In this document: positions 35,667 to 46,263 of the stretch, in pieces
How the letters are laid out: the number at the start of each line of letters is the position of its first letter
How positions within the stretch are numbered: position 1 is the first letter of the stretch
Notes under the pieces: generated by a model
What the model saw: the letters and a program-made list of their open reading frames with translations, nothing else
Told to the model about the DNA's origin: nothing
Database searches by the model: none
NCBI GenBank assembly: GCA_018303205.1
Contig: JAGVYP010000019.1
Location: forward strand, 1 to 49,809
Direction of reading: 5' to 3'
From: Candidatus Woesearchaeota archaeon
GTDB lineage: Archaea; Nanobdellota; Nanobdellia; Woesearchaeales; JAGWAF01
Length of the DNA stretch: 49,809 bases
Program-made: the position numbers and the translations under genes

Positions 35667-36157
35667 CCCATCCTCGTCATATCCATTAAAGAATCAATAT
35701 GATGTTGCAAGAGCGCTCCATCTTCTGCTGAAATTTTGATGTTAATCGTTTTCATAGATTGCGTAACCAAGGTAATGTTAAATACTTGGCCTATTTCCAA
35801 ATGTTGGAGAATAATAAAACTCTTGAAAACCAGTTCACCACCATATTCTCTACTTTGAAGTTTTTTTGCAACTCCCAAAGCTTCTTGCGGAGCAACCTTT
35901 ATCTTTTCTGTGTTCAGTTCTTGAATTTTTTTGTTAGGCTCTTTGAAAACCTCACTTTCTTCTGATTTTTGAACACTTGATTCTTCTACAAAAAAAGTAG
36001 TTATTTTCTCATTGCGAGGATCAAAATAACCTACTTGACATTGACCCTCTTCAAAAAAGAAGTGAACAAGATATGCGTCCGGATGATCTTTTTTCCATTC
36101 CTGATAATAATCACTTTCTTCCACTGCCTGACGTACTTCCTTGGGTTCCATAAACAA
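35663..36157 (-). CDS. Hypothetical protein
   Basis: 164-aa ORF translationally coupled to dut. Confidence 0.7.
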   Translation of the reverse strand: MFMEPKEVRQAVEESDYYQEWKKDHPDAYLVHFFFEEGQCQVGYFDPRNEKITTFFVEESSVQKSEESEVFKEPNKKIQELNTEKIKVAPQEALGVAKKLQSREYGGELVFKSFIILQHLEIGQVFNITLVTQSMKTINIKISAEDGALLQHHIDSLMDMTRMG

Positions 36158-36178
36158 AAAAGAATATGCAATACTTTA

Positions 36179-36517
36179 TTAGGGTTTCGATCCATTAATC
36201 TCTTCCCATTTTCTTTTATATTCTTCTAGATACTTAGAAAAATCAGGACGTTCTGGAGTGAGCACAGAACTTTCTGCTTTTACCCACATGGTATCTCCTT
36301 CCCTTCTCGTCATAAGGATTACATAATCAAGAGAATCTGATCCGTGAGGTCGGAGATCACCATAAACAATAAGTTGTGTGGGATGAGCACTAGGGATATG
36401 TTCAATAATACGTGTTTCTGGAATTAAGTCTGGATAAGAGAAATGTAGTTGAGGTTTGTTGGTATCTGCACAGCCAGCAAGAACCAAAGCAGCTAAAGCA
36501 ATAATTGTTTTTTTCAT
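36179..36517 (-). CDS. Putative small lipoprotein
   Basis: MKKTIIALAALVLAGC lipobox. A GAGGTG RBS precedes ATG 36517. Confidence 0.7.
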   Translation of the reverse strand: MKKTIIALAALVLAGCADTNKPQLHFSYPDLIPETRIIEHIPSAHPTQLIVYGDLRPHGSDSLDYVILMTRREGDTMWVKAESSVLTPERPDFSKYLEEYKRKWEEINGSKP

Positions 36518-36521
36518 AGTT

Positions 36522-37028
36522 TCACCTCTCAGACCACTGTCGTAGAGCATAACGCATAGGAGGAAGGATAAACGTATAAGCTCCTGCAAGAGTGCTTTGA
36601 GCAATAGTGGATGCTGTAGTAGGATCCATGCCTTCCTTTTGCAAACGGCATTGAGCATACGTTCTTGCCACAAGATAAAGAGTTTCCATGAAAACACTCA
36701 GGATTCCATATTCTCCCATTTTTTTACCTAAAGAACGAAAACTAAAAGACCCGTCGGAATTTCGCATTTTTTTGCGATCCCTAAATGCTAATTGAGAGAC
36801 TAAAGAAATCCAATACGTACTGACATCAACAAGGGAGGTTGCAGCTGCTAGTTCTATGTCTGAAGTAAATGAATCTTGTGCTCCTGCAAAAAAACCTGCT
36901 GATGCTCCTAAAGAGATACCTACTGAAGTGAGATGATTACCCATCGTTGCCCATTCTTCAGTATAGATGCGACGTAGTAATCCTTGTTGTGATTCATCCA
37001 CAGTCGTTTCTAAACTTTCAGTTGTCAT
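36522..37028 (-). CDS. Hypothetical (membrane-associated) protein
   Basis: 168-aa ORF with moderately hydrophobic helices, divergent from a TrmB gene. Confidence 0.65.
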   Translation of the reverse strand: MTTESLETTVDESQQGLLRRIYTEEWATMGNHLTSVGISLGASAGFFAGAQDSFTSDIELAAATSLVDVSTYWISLVSQLAFRDRKKMRNSDGSFSFRSLGKKMGEYGILSVFMETLYLVARTYAQCRLQKEGMDPTTASTIAQSTLAGAYTFILPPMRYALRQWSER

Positions 37029-37116
37029 GAAAAAGAATAAGGGGAGAAGCTACTTAAAATTGTGTTGTACTAATTATTACAAAAGTTTTATATATGAGCC
37101 AACGTAAAGAAGAGCT

Positions 37117-37842
37117 ATGGATCTTAAGATTTTGGAAGAATTTGGATTAACAAAGAATGAACAAGATATCTTTTTGACGATAATAAAAAACGGAACAATA
37201 AGTGCTACTCACATAGCAAGAGGCACAGGATTAAACAGACCTTATGTGTACTACGCGTTAGAAAGACTTCTTGAGAAAGGCTATCTTTCTGAAATAAGTG
37301 TAAATGGAAAAAAACATTTCAAAGCAATAGATTTGAATCAGATAACATCTTTAGAACAAGAAAAAGTAGAAATGCTAAAAAAAACCTTGCAAGCTTTAAA
37401 ACAACAAGAATCAAGAGAGAAAGAAGAGCTCCAAGTTGAAGTATGGAAAGGAAGATACGCACTGAGAAACATTCATAAAAAAATAACAGCAGAGGTAAAA
37501 TCCAACCAAGAAATACTCTACCTTGGATTAAATGAAGACATTATGGAAGAGACAGATCCTCTTTATTTACGAAAATCACTACAGAATATAGAAAGGAAAA
37601 AAATTAGAGAAAGAATTATTATCAAGAGAGGAACAAAAAAACTCCCCTATGCTAAAACAGCAAAGTATCGCTTTATAAAAAAAGAATTAATAGGACAAAC
37701 AGCAAGAGTAATCTATCAAGATATTGTCATTGAGATTTTATATGGAACCCCTGTCTATGTTATTGTAAAAAGAAATGCTCATTTGGCAGACATTGCAAAA
37801 CAACAGTTTGAAGTGTTCTGGAAGTTAGCTAAATCTCAATAA
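37117..37842 (+). CDS. TrmB-family transcriptional regulator
   Basis: FGLTKNEQDIFLTII...ATHIARGTGLNRPYVYYALERLLEKGYLS, then VWKG and FEVFW. Confidence 0.88.
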   Translation: MDLKILEEFGLTKNEQDIFLTIIKNGTISATHIARGTGLNRPYVYYALERLLEKGYLSEISVNGKKHFKAIDLNQITSLEQEKVEMLKKTLQALKQQESREKEELQVEVWKGRYALRNIHKKITAEVKSNQEILYLGLNEDIMEETDPLYLRKSLQNIERKKIRERIIIKRGTKKLPYAKTAKYRFIKKELIGQTARVIYQDIVIEILYGTPVYVIVKRNAHLADIAKQQFEVFWKLAKSQ

Positions 37843-38446
37843 GTTCTCCATCGGGACCTGGGTTTATAAGAATGCAGTTTCCTATTTTGTCGTGTTTGTG
37901 AAAGTTTTCATGCAAATGCCCGCAGAGATAAAGAATAATCTTCTGTGCATGTTTGGTAAGAAATTGTTTAAAGCTTATGTTGCCACAATGCTCCCCCACG
38001 ATCGGATCTAATGTGGTCTGATAAGGAGGTCCATGAGTTATCATGATCACTTTTTCATAGGGTTTCATTTCCTTTTCAAAAAAAGGAGCAAAGGCTTCAA
38101 ATTTTTTATCGGTCTGGGAAAATCCTCCACCACCGTACCATAAAAAAAGAATTTCTTGAATGACACAAGTTTCCTTATGAAAAAAATGAAGGTTGCTGTA
38201 TTTCTTTGAAAGCTTTCTTACTTCCTGCTCATCCTCATGATTACCATGAGTAAAATAAAAAGGCTTTCCTAACTCATGAAATTTTTTGAGCATCATTTCT
38301 GTTTGTCGAGTGAAAATAGTGAAATCTCCTGAACAAATGATCATATCAGGGTTTTCTTTCTCTACTTTTTCCTTGACTTTTTGCAATTGTTTTTCAGACG
38401 TATGGGGATCAGTAAAAGCGAGAATTTTCATAAGGATAAAAAACAA
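37829..38446 (-). CDS. Calcineurin-like metallophosphoesterase
   Basis: TDPH, SGDFT, GNHE, THGPP, CGHLHE, INPG. Confidence 0.9.
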   Translation of the reverse strand: MFFILMKILAFTDPHTSEKQLQKVKEKVEKENPDMIICSGDFTIFTRQTEMMLKKFHELGKPFYFTHGNHEDEQEVRKLSKKYSNLHFFHKETCVIQEILFLWYGGGGFSQTDKKFEAFAPFFEKEMKPYEKVIMITHGPPYQTTLDPIVGEHCGNISFKQFLTKHAQKIILYLCGHLHENFHKHDKIGNCILINPGPDGELIEI

Positions 38447-38684
38447 AAGGATCTATTTAAAGATAGCGTATCAAAGTCCTAGTATAGATCACTATCCGCA
38501 CTTTTTATTTTTTCATATATCTCTTCGTTTAATATCTTTTATTCATTTTATCTCTGTCATATAGCATATTTTCTCATTTTTTTTTTGAAATGTTGATAAA
38601 GAATAATAAAAATAAAAGAAAAAAATGAGTGAAAGAAGAGATAGAAAGAATAAGTTTTATTAAGACAAGAAAAAATAAGAAACT

Positions 38685-39734
38685 ATGAACTTAGGGGATT
38701 TTTATAAAAATCAAATCTCACTTACAGAATGGTTTGAGCACGTACAGCACAAAGACTCCGCTTTATTGAGAAAAGAAGACAATGAGAAAAGAGATAGATT
38801 AGAAAAGCTCTCACAACTCATAGGATTACCGTATGATAAGCCTATCAAATTTAAAGCAACAGATCTGCTCAATAAAACTCCTGTGTTTTTAACATTTTTT
38901 GAAGAAAAAAAAGATGAGATTTGCTCACTCCGACTTATACCCCATAATCCGAACATGCCCAAACTACGATTACGAGGATATACCGTAGAAAAAGTCATGC
39001 ACTGGTTCCGTGAACAAAAAATTGCCCATAAAGAGTATCAAGCACAATTCTTGCCCCACGCAAAAAAGAACACGTGGTCAACTATTTTTATCGTCGGAGA
39101 AAAAGGAATTTTTGGAGAAATCATCAAAGGAGGACATTATCAACTAACCCAAGGATTTTATGAGCATGCAAAACCCTCCCTTTTTTCATTTGATTTTAAA
39201 AAATTATATTTGAAAGAAGAGAATAAAGACATGAAAAATCATCTGATGACAATCATCAACCACCTCAAAGTAGAGCAGAAGGAAATGAGGGACAAGATAC
39301 AAAGAGAAGTAGGAGCACAATTTGTCCAGCACTACCTTAAAGGATATTTTGAAACCGTAGCTTCAGAAGATTATGGATTATGGTTTGTAGACTATAATAG
39401 AATTCTTGGAAACCTCTATGAACCCTTTTTTACACAAGGACAATGCGCATCACCAGGAAAAGCACAAGGAAAAGTACGCATCATTACCAATCCAAAACAA
39501 GAAGGGTTTGAAGAAGGAGACATTCTCGTCTGTGAAATGACCTCTCCAGATTACCTTCCTTTGATGCAGAAAGCAAGTGCAATCATTACAGAAAAAGGAG
39601 GAATTTTAACCCACGCTGCAATCATTGCCAGAGAATTAAAAAAACCCTGCATCGTCGGAATAGGAAAAACACCATTGAAAAATGGAGAATACGTTGAAGT
39701 TGATGCAGAGAAAGGAATAATAAAGAGGGTATAA
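38685..39734 (+). CDS. Protein with a C-terminal PEP-utilising enzyme mobile (phospho-His) domain
   Basis: ASPGKAQGKVRII, GDILVCEMTSPD, AIITEKGGILTHAAIIARELKKPCIVG, VDAEKG. The N-terminal ~250 aa are unassigned. Confidence 0.85.
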   Translation: MNLGDFYKNQISLTEWFEHVQHKDSALLRKEDNEKRDRLEKLSQLIGLPYDKPIKFKATDLLNKTPVFLTFFEEKKDEICSLRLIPHNPNMPKLRLRGYTVEKVMHWFREQKIAHKEYQAQFLPHAKKNTWSTIFIVGEKGIFGEIIKGGHYQLTQGFYEHAKPSLFSFDFKKLYLKEENKDMKNHLMTIINHLKVEQKEMRDKIQREVGAQFVQHYLKGYFETVASEDYGLWFVDYNRILGNLYEPFFTQGQCASPGKAQGKVRIITNPKQEGFEEGDILVCEMTSPDYLPLMQKASAIITEKGGILTHAAIIARELKKPCIVGIGKTPLKNGEYVEVDAEKGIIKRV

Positions 39735-39857
39735 AACAATTTTTCAAGATCTTATGAATACGCTCGGTTCTCAGAAAAAACGAAAGCTTTATAAATAATA
39801 GCTGTTTATATGCATTATAATACAAAATTTTGTTAAAAATTATGCATTATAAAAAAA

Positions 39858-41074
39858 ATGATAAGAGATGCTTTAATACTGCAAAAAAGAGAACTCGAAA
39901 AAAAACTCGAAGAACCATACGGTGAAAGAGAGATATCTTCTAGGAAATTCGAGAATACCATGATTAAAGTAATTATAGGTCCTCGAAGAGCCGGAAAATC
40001 ATTTTTTGCGATGCATGCTCTCGCTCGCTTGGGAACATTTGGATATGTTAATTTTGACGATGAAAAATTAGTAAATGTAAAGGATTATGATGAGATTGTT
40101 GATACGATAAAGAGCCTCTATAAAAACCCTGAATATCTACTCTTTGATGAAATCCAAAACCTGCCAGAATGGGAACTCTTTGTCAATAGAATGCAACGAC
40201 AGGATTACAACCTTATTATTACAGGAAGTAATGCAAATTTGCTCAGTAAAGAATTGGCAACGCACCTTACAGGAAGACACTTGCTTATAGTGCTTTTTCC
40301 TTTTTCTTTTAGGGAAATGATTGCCCTTGAAAAAAAAGAGCTTACAAGCAATGAAATCAAGCAGCCACATTGTTTAACGCAATTCTCTACAAAGATATCA
40401 TAAAAAGATTTAATATACGATTCATAACAGGTATAGAAGATTTGGCTCTCTATCTTATTTCAAATATTGCAAAAGAATTTTCATATGGAACGTTAAGTAA
40501 GGTAACAAAATGCAAAAGCTCCCATACGATAGAAAAGTATATTAGCTATTTGGAAGAAGCATTTCTCTTCTTCGAATTGCATAAATTTTCTTTTAAGGTA
40601 AAAGAGCAAATATCATCTAATAAAAAGATCTATTGCTTTGACAATGGTTTGATCAATGCCAAAGCATTCAAAGTGAGCCAGGATCTAGGGAGGGTATATG
40701 AAAATACGGTTGCGATTGAATTAAAAAGAATGGCAATGCAACAACACATTTCAGTATATTATTGGAAATCTCCGTCACAAGAAGAAGTTGACTTTGTTAT
40801 TAAAGAAGGAACAAAAGTAAAAGAACTGATTCAAGTATGTTATAAGAGTACAGATCATAAGACAAGGCAAAGGGAAGTCAGTGCGCTTCTCAGAGCAGGA
40901 AGATTATTAAAATGTAAAAATTTGACCATCATCACAGAGAGTAAAGAAGGAGCAAAAAAGGAAAGCTGGTTTGGAATGAAGGATATGATTCATGAAGTTC
41001 CTTTATGGAAATGGCTACTGGGAAAAAGGATAGATGGAAAAGGTAATTATGCGTTATCTTTTCAAAAGAAATAA
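39858..41074 (+). pseudogene. AAA_14/DUF4143 ATP-binding protein split by an internal deletion and frameshift
   Basis: The first frame has GPRRAGKS, FDEIQN, ITGSN and LTGR. The second has KDI..R, KKIY..DNG, YEN.V and EVDF. The central GGFPE segment is missing at the junction near 40360. Confidence 0.8.
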
Positions 41075-41198
41075 TAATTAGCACATAAAAAAACAAAAAA
41101 AGTATTTGGTTACGCTATTCATAACCTGAAGAAACAAAAGAAGCCAAGAACCCATGACATTGAAATAGATATTCAAGCTCTGATGAGTTCTTAAGAGA

Positions 41199-41846
41199 TT
41201 ATTTATTTTCTGTTAGAAAAGGAATAAGCTTCTTCTCTGCTTTATGCAAATGCTCTTGAAATGTTTCTCTCCTTACTTTAGCGATCTTCGCAAGATCTTC
41301 CAAATAAATCTTTCTTGGAAAGTTATAATATCCTTCTTTCACAGCTAATTCAACAGCTTCTTTTTGTTTGGGAGACAATTTTGGAGAAATATGTGGTAAA
41401 ATAATATCAGTAACTTTTGATTTTTTGATAGACTTCACTTTAATATCATAAACAGGAATATCAAACACTTGCATTAGCTTTTTCTTATTCCACGATGCTA
41501 TTTCCCAGTCTTCATACCCATCTATTCTTTGTATAACAGGTTTTATCTGAATAATTTGAGGATCAAAAGCAGGATCTATAGATTCACTTAATAATTCTTC
41601 TCTCAAAGTAAAAAGACATCCATCCTCATACTCGGCTTTTTTCACATTTTTTTGTTTTTTAAAATCTCTGACAAATTTCTTTTTGTCTTGCTCCCCGCCC
41701 TGCAAGATATGAAACTGTGTATAATAAAATTTGTTTTTTTCTGTCCAACATTTTAATATATAAACAAAATCAGTTACATGATACTTTTTACATAAAGGTC
41801 GTATATTGCATGTCTTATGCCAAACCTTAAACTTTGCAATCCACAT
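41199..41846 (-). CDS. HTH_10 (Bat-type) transcriptional regulator
   Basis: C-terminal LSPKQKEAVELAVKEGYYNFPRKIYLEDLAK.......FQEHL.KAEKKL. Confidence 0.88.
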   Translation of the reverse strand: MWIAKFKVWHKTCNIRPLCKKYHVTDFVYILKCWTEKNKFYYTQFHILQGGEQDKKKFVRDFKKQKNVKKAEYEDGCLFTLREELLSESIDPAFDPQIIQIKPVIQRIDGYEDWEIASWNKKKLMQVFDIPVYDIKVKSIKKSKVTDIILPHISPKLSPKQKEAVELAVKEGYYNFPRKIYLEDLAKIAKVRRETFQEHLHKAEKKLIPFLTENK

Positions 41847-41959
41847 ATTGACTCTAAAAGAAGAGTTACTATAAAAAGCTTCACTTTTTACTACATATGT
41901 AGGTTTAATTTAGTTTAATAAGCTCTATTTTTCATAATGATAGACAAGGAGTATATACA

Positions 41960-42184
41960 ATGGCACCTGAATATGAACATGAATATAGTAGAACAAGTGG
42001 AACAGGGTATTTAGTTACGAGAATAAGATTTTATCAACCTAAGAATGGTGGAGGAATGCTTAAGGTAGTAACTATTGAAGATAGAAGAACAGGTAGAGTT
42101 GAAGTGAGATATGATCAAAGTGGAGAACTTAATCGATGTTACAGAACTATATCAGGATTGGAAAGAGATCTTGATAATGTTTAA
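41960..42184 (+). CDS. Small hypothetical protein
   Basis: 74-aa ORF with an AAGGAG RBS, divergent from the HTH_10 regulator. Palindrome CTACATATGTAG at 41891-41902. Confidence 0.6.
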   Translation: MAPEYEHEYSRTSGTGYLVTRIRFYQPKNGGGMLKVVTIEDRRTGRVEVRYDQSGELNRCYRTISGLERDLDNV

Positions 42185-42196
42185 TTAAAAAAATTA

Positions 42197-43387
42197 TCAC
42201 ACCACGCTATAATAATCTTCCAAGACAATACCTCCTATTTCTGCAAGGTCTCTGACAAGATAGAGTTTTCCTTCACCTATAGCAGTGAGATCTTTTGCAA
42301 AATGTGCAGCATCTTTGTCAAGAGAAATACCAATCAAAGAGATGGTAATACCATGCACGCGCGCTTGAGCAACTGCTTCCAAGGATTTTTTACGCGGATC
42401 TTCACCTACAGTAGGCTGCGCATCAGTCAAAATCACAAGATGTTTTGTGCCCTGCTGATGAGAAAAGAGCAGGATGGCTTTTTCTATCATCAGAGCAAAA
42501 TTCGTTTCACGAGTTGCTCGTATCGTAGTTATCTTTTTCAGCAAAAGAGGAAAGTTGAGAGTAGGAGCAGCTTCTTCTGTTATTTCAGAACCAAAAACGA
42601 GTAAGCCAACTTTGTCTTTTTTATCAATGGCTTTGTATGCTAATCCTATTCCGGCTTTTTTGCACATCTCTATTTTTCTTCCCTTCATACTGCCTGAAGC
42701 GTCTAGCGCATAAATGATGCTTACTTGCCCTTTGCTTTTTCTTTCAAAGGTTTTCAAATCAGAAGATTGCACATGATGATGCCCTCTTCTGAGAGCAAGA
42801 TGCACAGACTTTTTTACTGCAAGATCTTTATAGCGATCACCTTGGTGAAATAAACGCACGTCATCTTTTTCACCATAATGCGTTTTTTTCTTATGGAGTT
42901 TTTCACCAAAATACCCATGAGGAATAAGTTCTTCCAATTCCTGCATGTACAAGACTAAAGATGCAAGGGAAACCCCTTTTTCAGTAACTACGCCAAGATC
43001 ATCAATCAAGCCATCATCTTTTAATTTTTCAATCGCTGATTTGATATTTCCCTGCAAAGAACGCTGAAATTCAGGAATGTTGATGTTTTTCTTCACATAG
43101 CTTGCATCGTATCCGGAAAGCAAGCTGATAAGACGTTCTCCCATGATCTGCTCTGCAAGCCGGTAATTTTGCACCAGGTGCTGAAATGCCAAATCAGGAG
43201 AAAAACTCTGCAAGTTATTGTTAAACGCTTCATTAATAATTTTTCCTTCATCAAGAGTTTTTTTATCATTTTCCAGAACAGACTTCATAAGCTTGTCTTC
43301 TTCAAATTGAGAATTAAGATTTCCTTGAAGTTGTTCTATTTCTTCAACTTCCTCTGGAATTTGAGTAAGGTTCTCAGGGAACATCAT
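42197..43387 (-). CDS. von Willebrand factor A domain protein
   Basis: MIDAS motif LDASGSM, DKVGLLVF, TN and ILTDAQPT. Coupled to the upstream AAA+ gene. Confidence 0.88.
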   Translation of the reverse strand: MMFPENLTQIPEEVEEIEQLQGNLNSQFEEDKLMKSVLENDKKTLDEGKIINEAFNNNLQSFSPDLAFQHLVQNYRLAEQIMGERLISLLSGYDASYVKKNINIPEFQRSLQGNIKSAIEKLKDDGLIDDLGVVTEKGVSLASLVLYMQELEELIPHGYFGEKLHKKKTHYGEKDDVRLFHQGDRYKDLAVKKSVHLALRRGHHHVQSSDLKTFERKSKGQVSIIYALDASGSMKGRKIEMCKKAGIGLAYKAIDKKDKVGLLVFGSEITEEAAPTLNFPLLLKKITTIRATRETNFALMIEKAILLFSHQQGTKHLVILTDAQPTVGEDPRKKSLEAVAQARVHGITISLIGISLDKDAAHFAKDLTAIGEGKLYLVRDLAEIGGIVLEDYYSVV

Positions 43388-44348
43388 CCTCTTCTTCACC
43401 CTGCTCTTCAGCAAAGAGTTTGAGCTGATTTTGCACAAATTGTTCTCTGCTTTGAAGATATTTTACAGAAGGCTTTAATTCAAGACGATGAGGAACTACT
43501 GTTAAGACAGCATCTTGCAAATCTTGAAAAGTAACTTGTCTTCTCTTTGCAAGAAACGCATTTGCCTGGGCACGCTCATACAATCCCAAAGATGCTCTTA
43601 CGCTAGGCTTTTGTTCAACATCTTTATGCTCTCTTAACAAACGAATAAAAACAACAGCTGCGGTAACGAGTTTATCATGCATGTCAACGGCTAACTTTTT
43701 TCCTTTCAGGAGAACAATCTTTTTTTCAAGCTCGGCAGATTCAGGATACGACATAGGAATCACATCAAACCTATCAAGAAAAACACTACTCAGCTTTTCT
43801 GTGCTACTATCTTCTGGATTCATCGTACCAATAAAGATAAAGTTTGTAGGAAAATCAACCGTAAAAGAACCTAAGGTTGCTCTTCCTTCTTCTAGGACTT
43901 GAAGTAATGCGTTTTGCAACTTTTCAGGACAACGATTCACTTCATCAAAAAAAAGAATGCCCTTATTTGCCTTAAATATTTTTCCAGGAGTAAAAGCTTC
44001 TACAGATAAAGCGCCGTACTTAAGCGCTTTTTCAGGATCAATGTCTCCCAATAAGTCTTCTACGGTTAGATCAGGGCTTCCTTGAATACGAATAAAGCGT
44101 TCTTCTCCTTTGATGACTTTTTTTGTTTTTTTTCCATGAATTTCTTCTTCAACTTCAAGATCAGGCAAGCTCTTCGCAATATTTCTTGCAAGCGTTGTCT
44201 TTCCGATGCCTGGTGGACCAATAAGAATAATGTGCCTTTGCATGAGCAAAGCAGATTTGATATGCCTTTTCGTGACTTCTTGTCCTAAAATAGAAGGAAA
44301 AGGATCTGGTGTGTTCAGGAAAATCTTTTCAAAGTTCGTAGTAATCAT
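43374..44348 (-). CDS. AAA+ ATPase, MoxR/chelatase-like
   Basis: GPPGIGKTT, RIQGSPDLT.EDL.G, FFDEVNR, QNALLQVLEEG, GTMNP, FLDRF, PSVR. Confidence 0.9.
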   Translation of the reverse strand: MITTNFEKIFLNTPDPFPSILGQEVTKRHIKSALLMQRHIILIGPPGIGKTTLARNIAKSLPDLEVEEEIHGKKTKKVIKGEERFIRIQGSPDLTVEDLLGDIDPEKALKYGALSVEAFTPGKIFKANKGILFFDEVNRCPEKLQNALLQVLEEGRATLGSFTVDFPTNFIFIGTMNPEDSSTEKLSSVFLDRFDVIPMSYPESAELEKKIVLLKGKKLAVDMHDKLVTAAVVFIRLLREHKDVEQKPSVRASLGLYERAQANAFLAKRRQVTFQDLQDAVLTVVPHRLELKPSVKYLQSREQFVQNQLKLFAEEQGEEEDDVP

Positions 44349-44465
44349 GGCCCCCTATAGAAGAGGAGTTTATTTATAAAAGTATGGGTAGCCTATTTAG
44401 GATTATTTATTTTATGTTCTTTTTTGAGTATGAGAATGATGAAGAAAAAAAATAATAGAGATAGT

Positions 44466-44598
44466 GTATTTGTTTAGCATCCTTAAGTCAAGCGTGTAGG
44501 CGAAAAGAATATGCGAAGTTCAGGGGGACGTCCCTTACGGGGCTTGAACGAAACATAAGCAAAAAGAATGACTACGCGAGAAGATGCTAAACAAATAC
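44466..44598 (+). repeat. Family B element, copy B4
   Basis: 16-bp perfect stem GTATTTGTTTAGCATC/GATGCTAAACAAATAC. CTTAAGTCAA-GCGT...ACGC-GAGAA, inner GTTCA/TGAAC enclosing GGGGGACGTCCCTTACGGGG. Confidence 0.85.
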
Positions 44599-44658
44599 GA
44601 GATGAGAATTAAAGAAAAAAATTAAGGACATTTTTGTAAAAGAGAAAAAGAGGACTCC

Positions 44659-46032
44659 CTACTGTTTGGGAGGGGAGCGCCTCTTCTTTTGGGTTTCTGG
44701 AGAGGATTGTTTTTTAGGAAGTACTCTTGCCATGATGAGAATGGCAACAATTGCAACTAAGATAAGAAGGATTAAGAAAGGAATGTAAAATCCGCTTGTT
44801 CTGAAGCTTTGTGAGCTTGAAGTTGTTGCGTAAATACGATTATCTCCTAATACAAGAGTAGGTTGTTGTACAACAGCAGGTTGTGCAACGTTTCTCTGAG
44901 GAGGTTGCTGTGATGTAGTTTGAGGAACAGATGGTTCTTCTCCGCAAGAGATTTGAATACTGCCTGTCTGAGTATCAGTAATGCGACCATCATCTGCAAG
45001 AACGCTGACTTCAAAATAGGAAAGACCTTCTTCCCCTTGAGAAGGCAAGGAAAGAGTAAAACGCACATTTTCTGTGTCATCTTCTTCTACTTCTATTCCT
45101 GAAACTTCTTCATTAATACGGAGCTTGTCGTTCAGTACTTGAACGGTTACATCATCTTGATTATCTTCACCAATATTTTCTATACCCACCCGAAGTGTCA
45201 CTTGCTGACCACAGGATGCCTGCTGAGGATGATCCAAACTTCGGATAATAACAAAATCATCTTCACGTTCTATTTCAAAAGACGCATTGATTCTTGAACC
45301 ATGCCTTGCTTGATTTTCATCAGTACCGCAAACAAAAACTGAGACAGGATACGTGTCATCATCTTCATCAAAATCAATATCAAAAGAGATTTCTTCAATA
45401 ACATCTCTGTCTGCTCTGAGATCATCCACATCAACATCTTCATTGATATCTAACTCATCTGATTCTATAAATAAAGTGATATCTTCAATGTCAAAGCCGT
45501 CATCATCAAAGTCATTTTCTATTTCTGCGATAAGAGTAATATCAGAATCTAATTCAAGATCTATGGTGTCTCCTTCATCAAAGGACTCTGAGCCCCCATT
45601 AAATTCAATGTCCACATCTTGAAAGACAAGATGATTTGCTCTCTGCATGAAAAGATTGGTTTGAGCAGATGAAGTATTAGTTGTTATGGATATAGTTCCT
45701 AGAGAAAATGCACTGGGAACACATTCAGGAGTAACTGCGTGAAAAGAGAGAGGAATAGTACCTGTAACAGTAATAAGAGCACTTTGACCTACCGTAAGAT
45801 TTTCAGGGATACCTGAAAATTGAATTGCATAAACACCACTTGCTGTAGTAGAAAGGGTAAAATTGCTTAAAGTTTCATTTCCTGTATTGGTAATGCGAAA
45901 TTGAGCTTGTACTACTCCTGCTTCTTGCCCTTCATTTCCCAGAGTTACATTTACATCGCTGGTAAGATTTGCGAGAATAGGTGCTGAAAGAAGGATGAGC
46001 AAAATCAGGGAAATAATAGTTAGTTTTTTCAT
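44659..46032 (-). CDS. Secreted, C-terminally anchored acidic surface (S-layer/Ig-like) protein
   Basis: Signal peptide, many N-x-T/S sequons, beta-rich D/E-rich domains (ENIGEDNQDDV), Q/P linker, C-terminal TM helix and basic tail. Confidence 0.75.
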   Translation of the reverse strand: MKKLTIISLILLILLSAPILANLTSDVNVTLGNEGQEAGVVQAQFRITNTGNETLSNFTLSTTASGVYAIQFSGIPENLTVGQSALITVTGTIPLSFHAVTPECVPSAFSLGTISITTNTSSAQTNLFMQRANHLVFQDVDIEFNGGSESFDEGDTIDLELDSDITLIAEIENDFDDDGFDIEDITLFIESDELDINEDVDVDDLRADRDVIEEISFDIDFDEDDDTYPVSVFVCGTDENQARHGSRINASFEIEREDDFVIIRSLDHPQQASCGQQVTLRVGIENIGEDNQDDVTVQVLNDKLRINEEVSGIEVEEDDTENVRFTLSLPSQGEEGLSYFEVSVLADDGRITDTQTGSIQISCGEEPSVPQTTSQQPPQRNVAQPAVVQQPTLVLGDNRIYATTSSSQSFRTSGFYIPFLILLILVAIVAILIMARVLPKKQSSPETQKKRRSPPKQ

Positions 46033-46263
46033 ACGAGTTGCCTCTGTTCGTACATAACCCCTTCCCCCACATACTAAAAATAGTCAGTCTATAAATAGAT
46101 TAGCTAGGCAAAAAGAATAGTGCAAACTTTTAGAGGTATTATTTTAGTTTTTTATTAAAAATAAGACTTTTTAGAACTTTTTTATATGAAATAAGATATT
46201 TTAGTGCTTATTAAATAAAAATAAGTGTTATTTATACTTTTAAAAATAAGATAAAAAGAGTGA

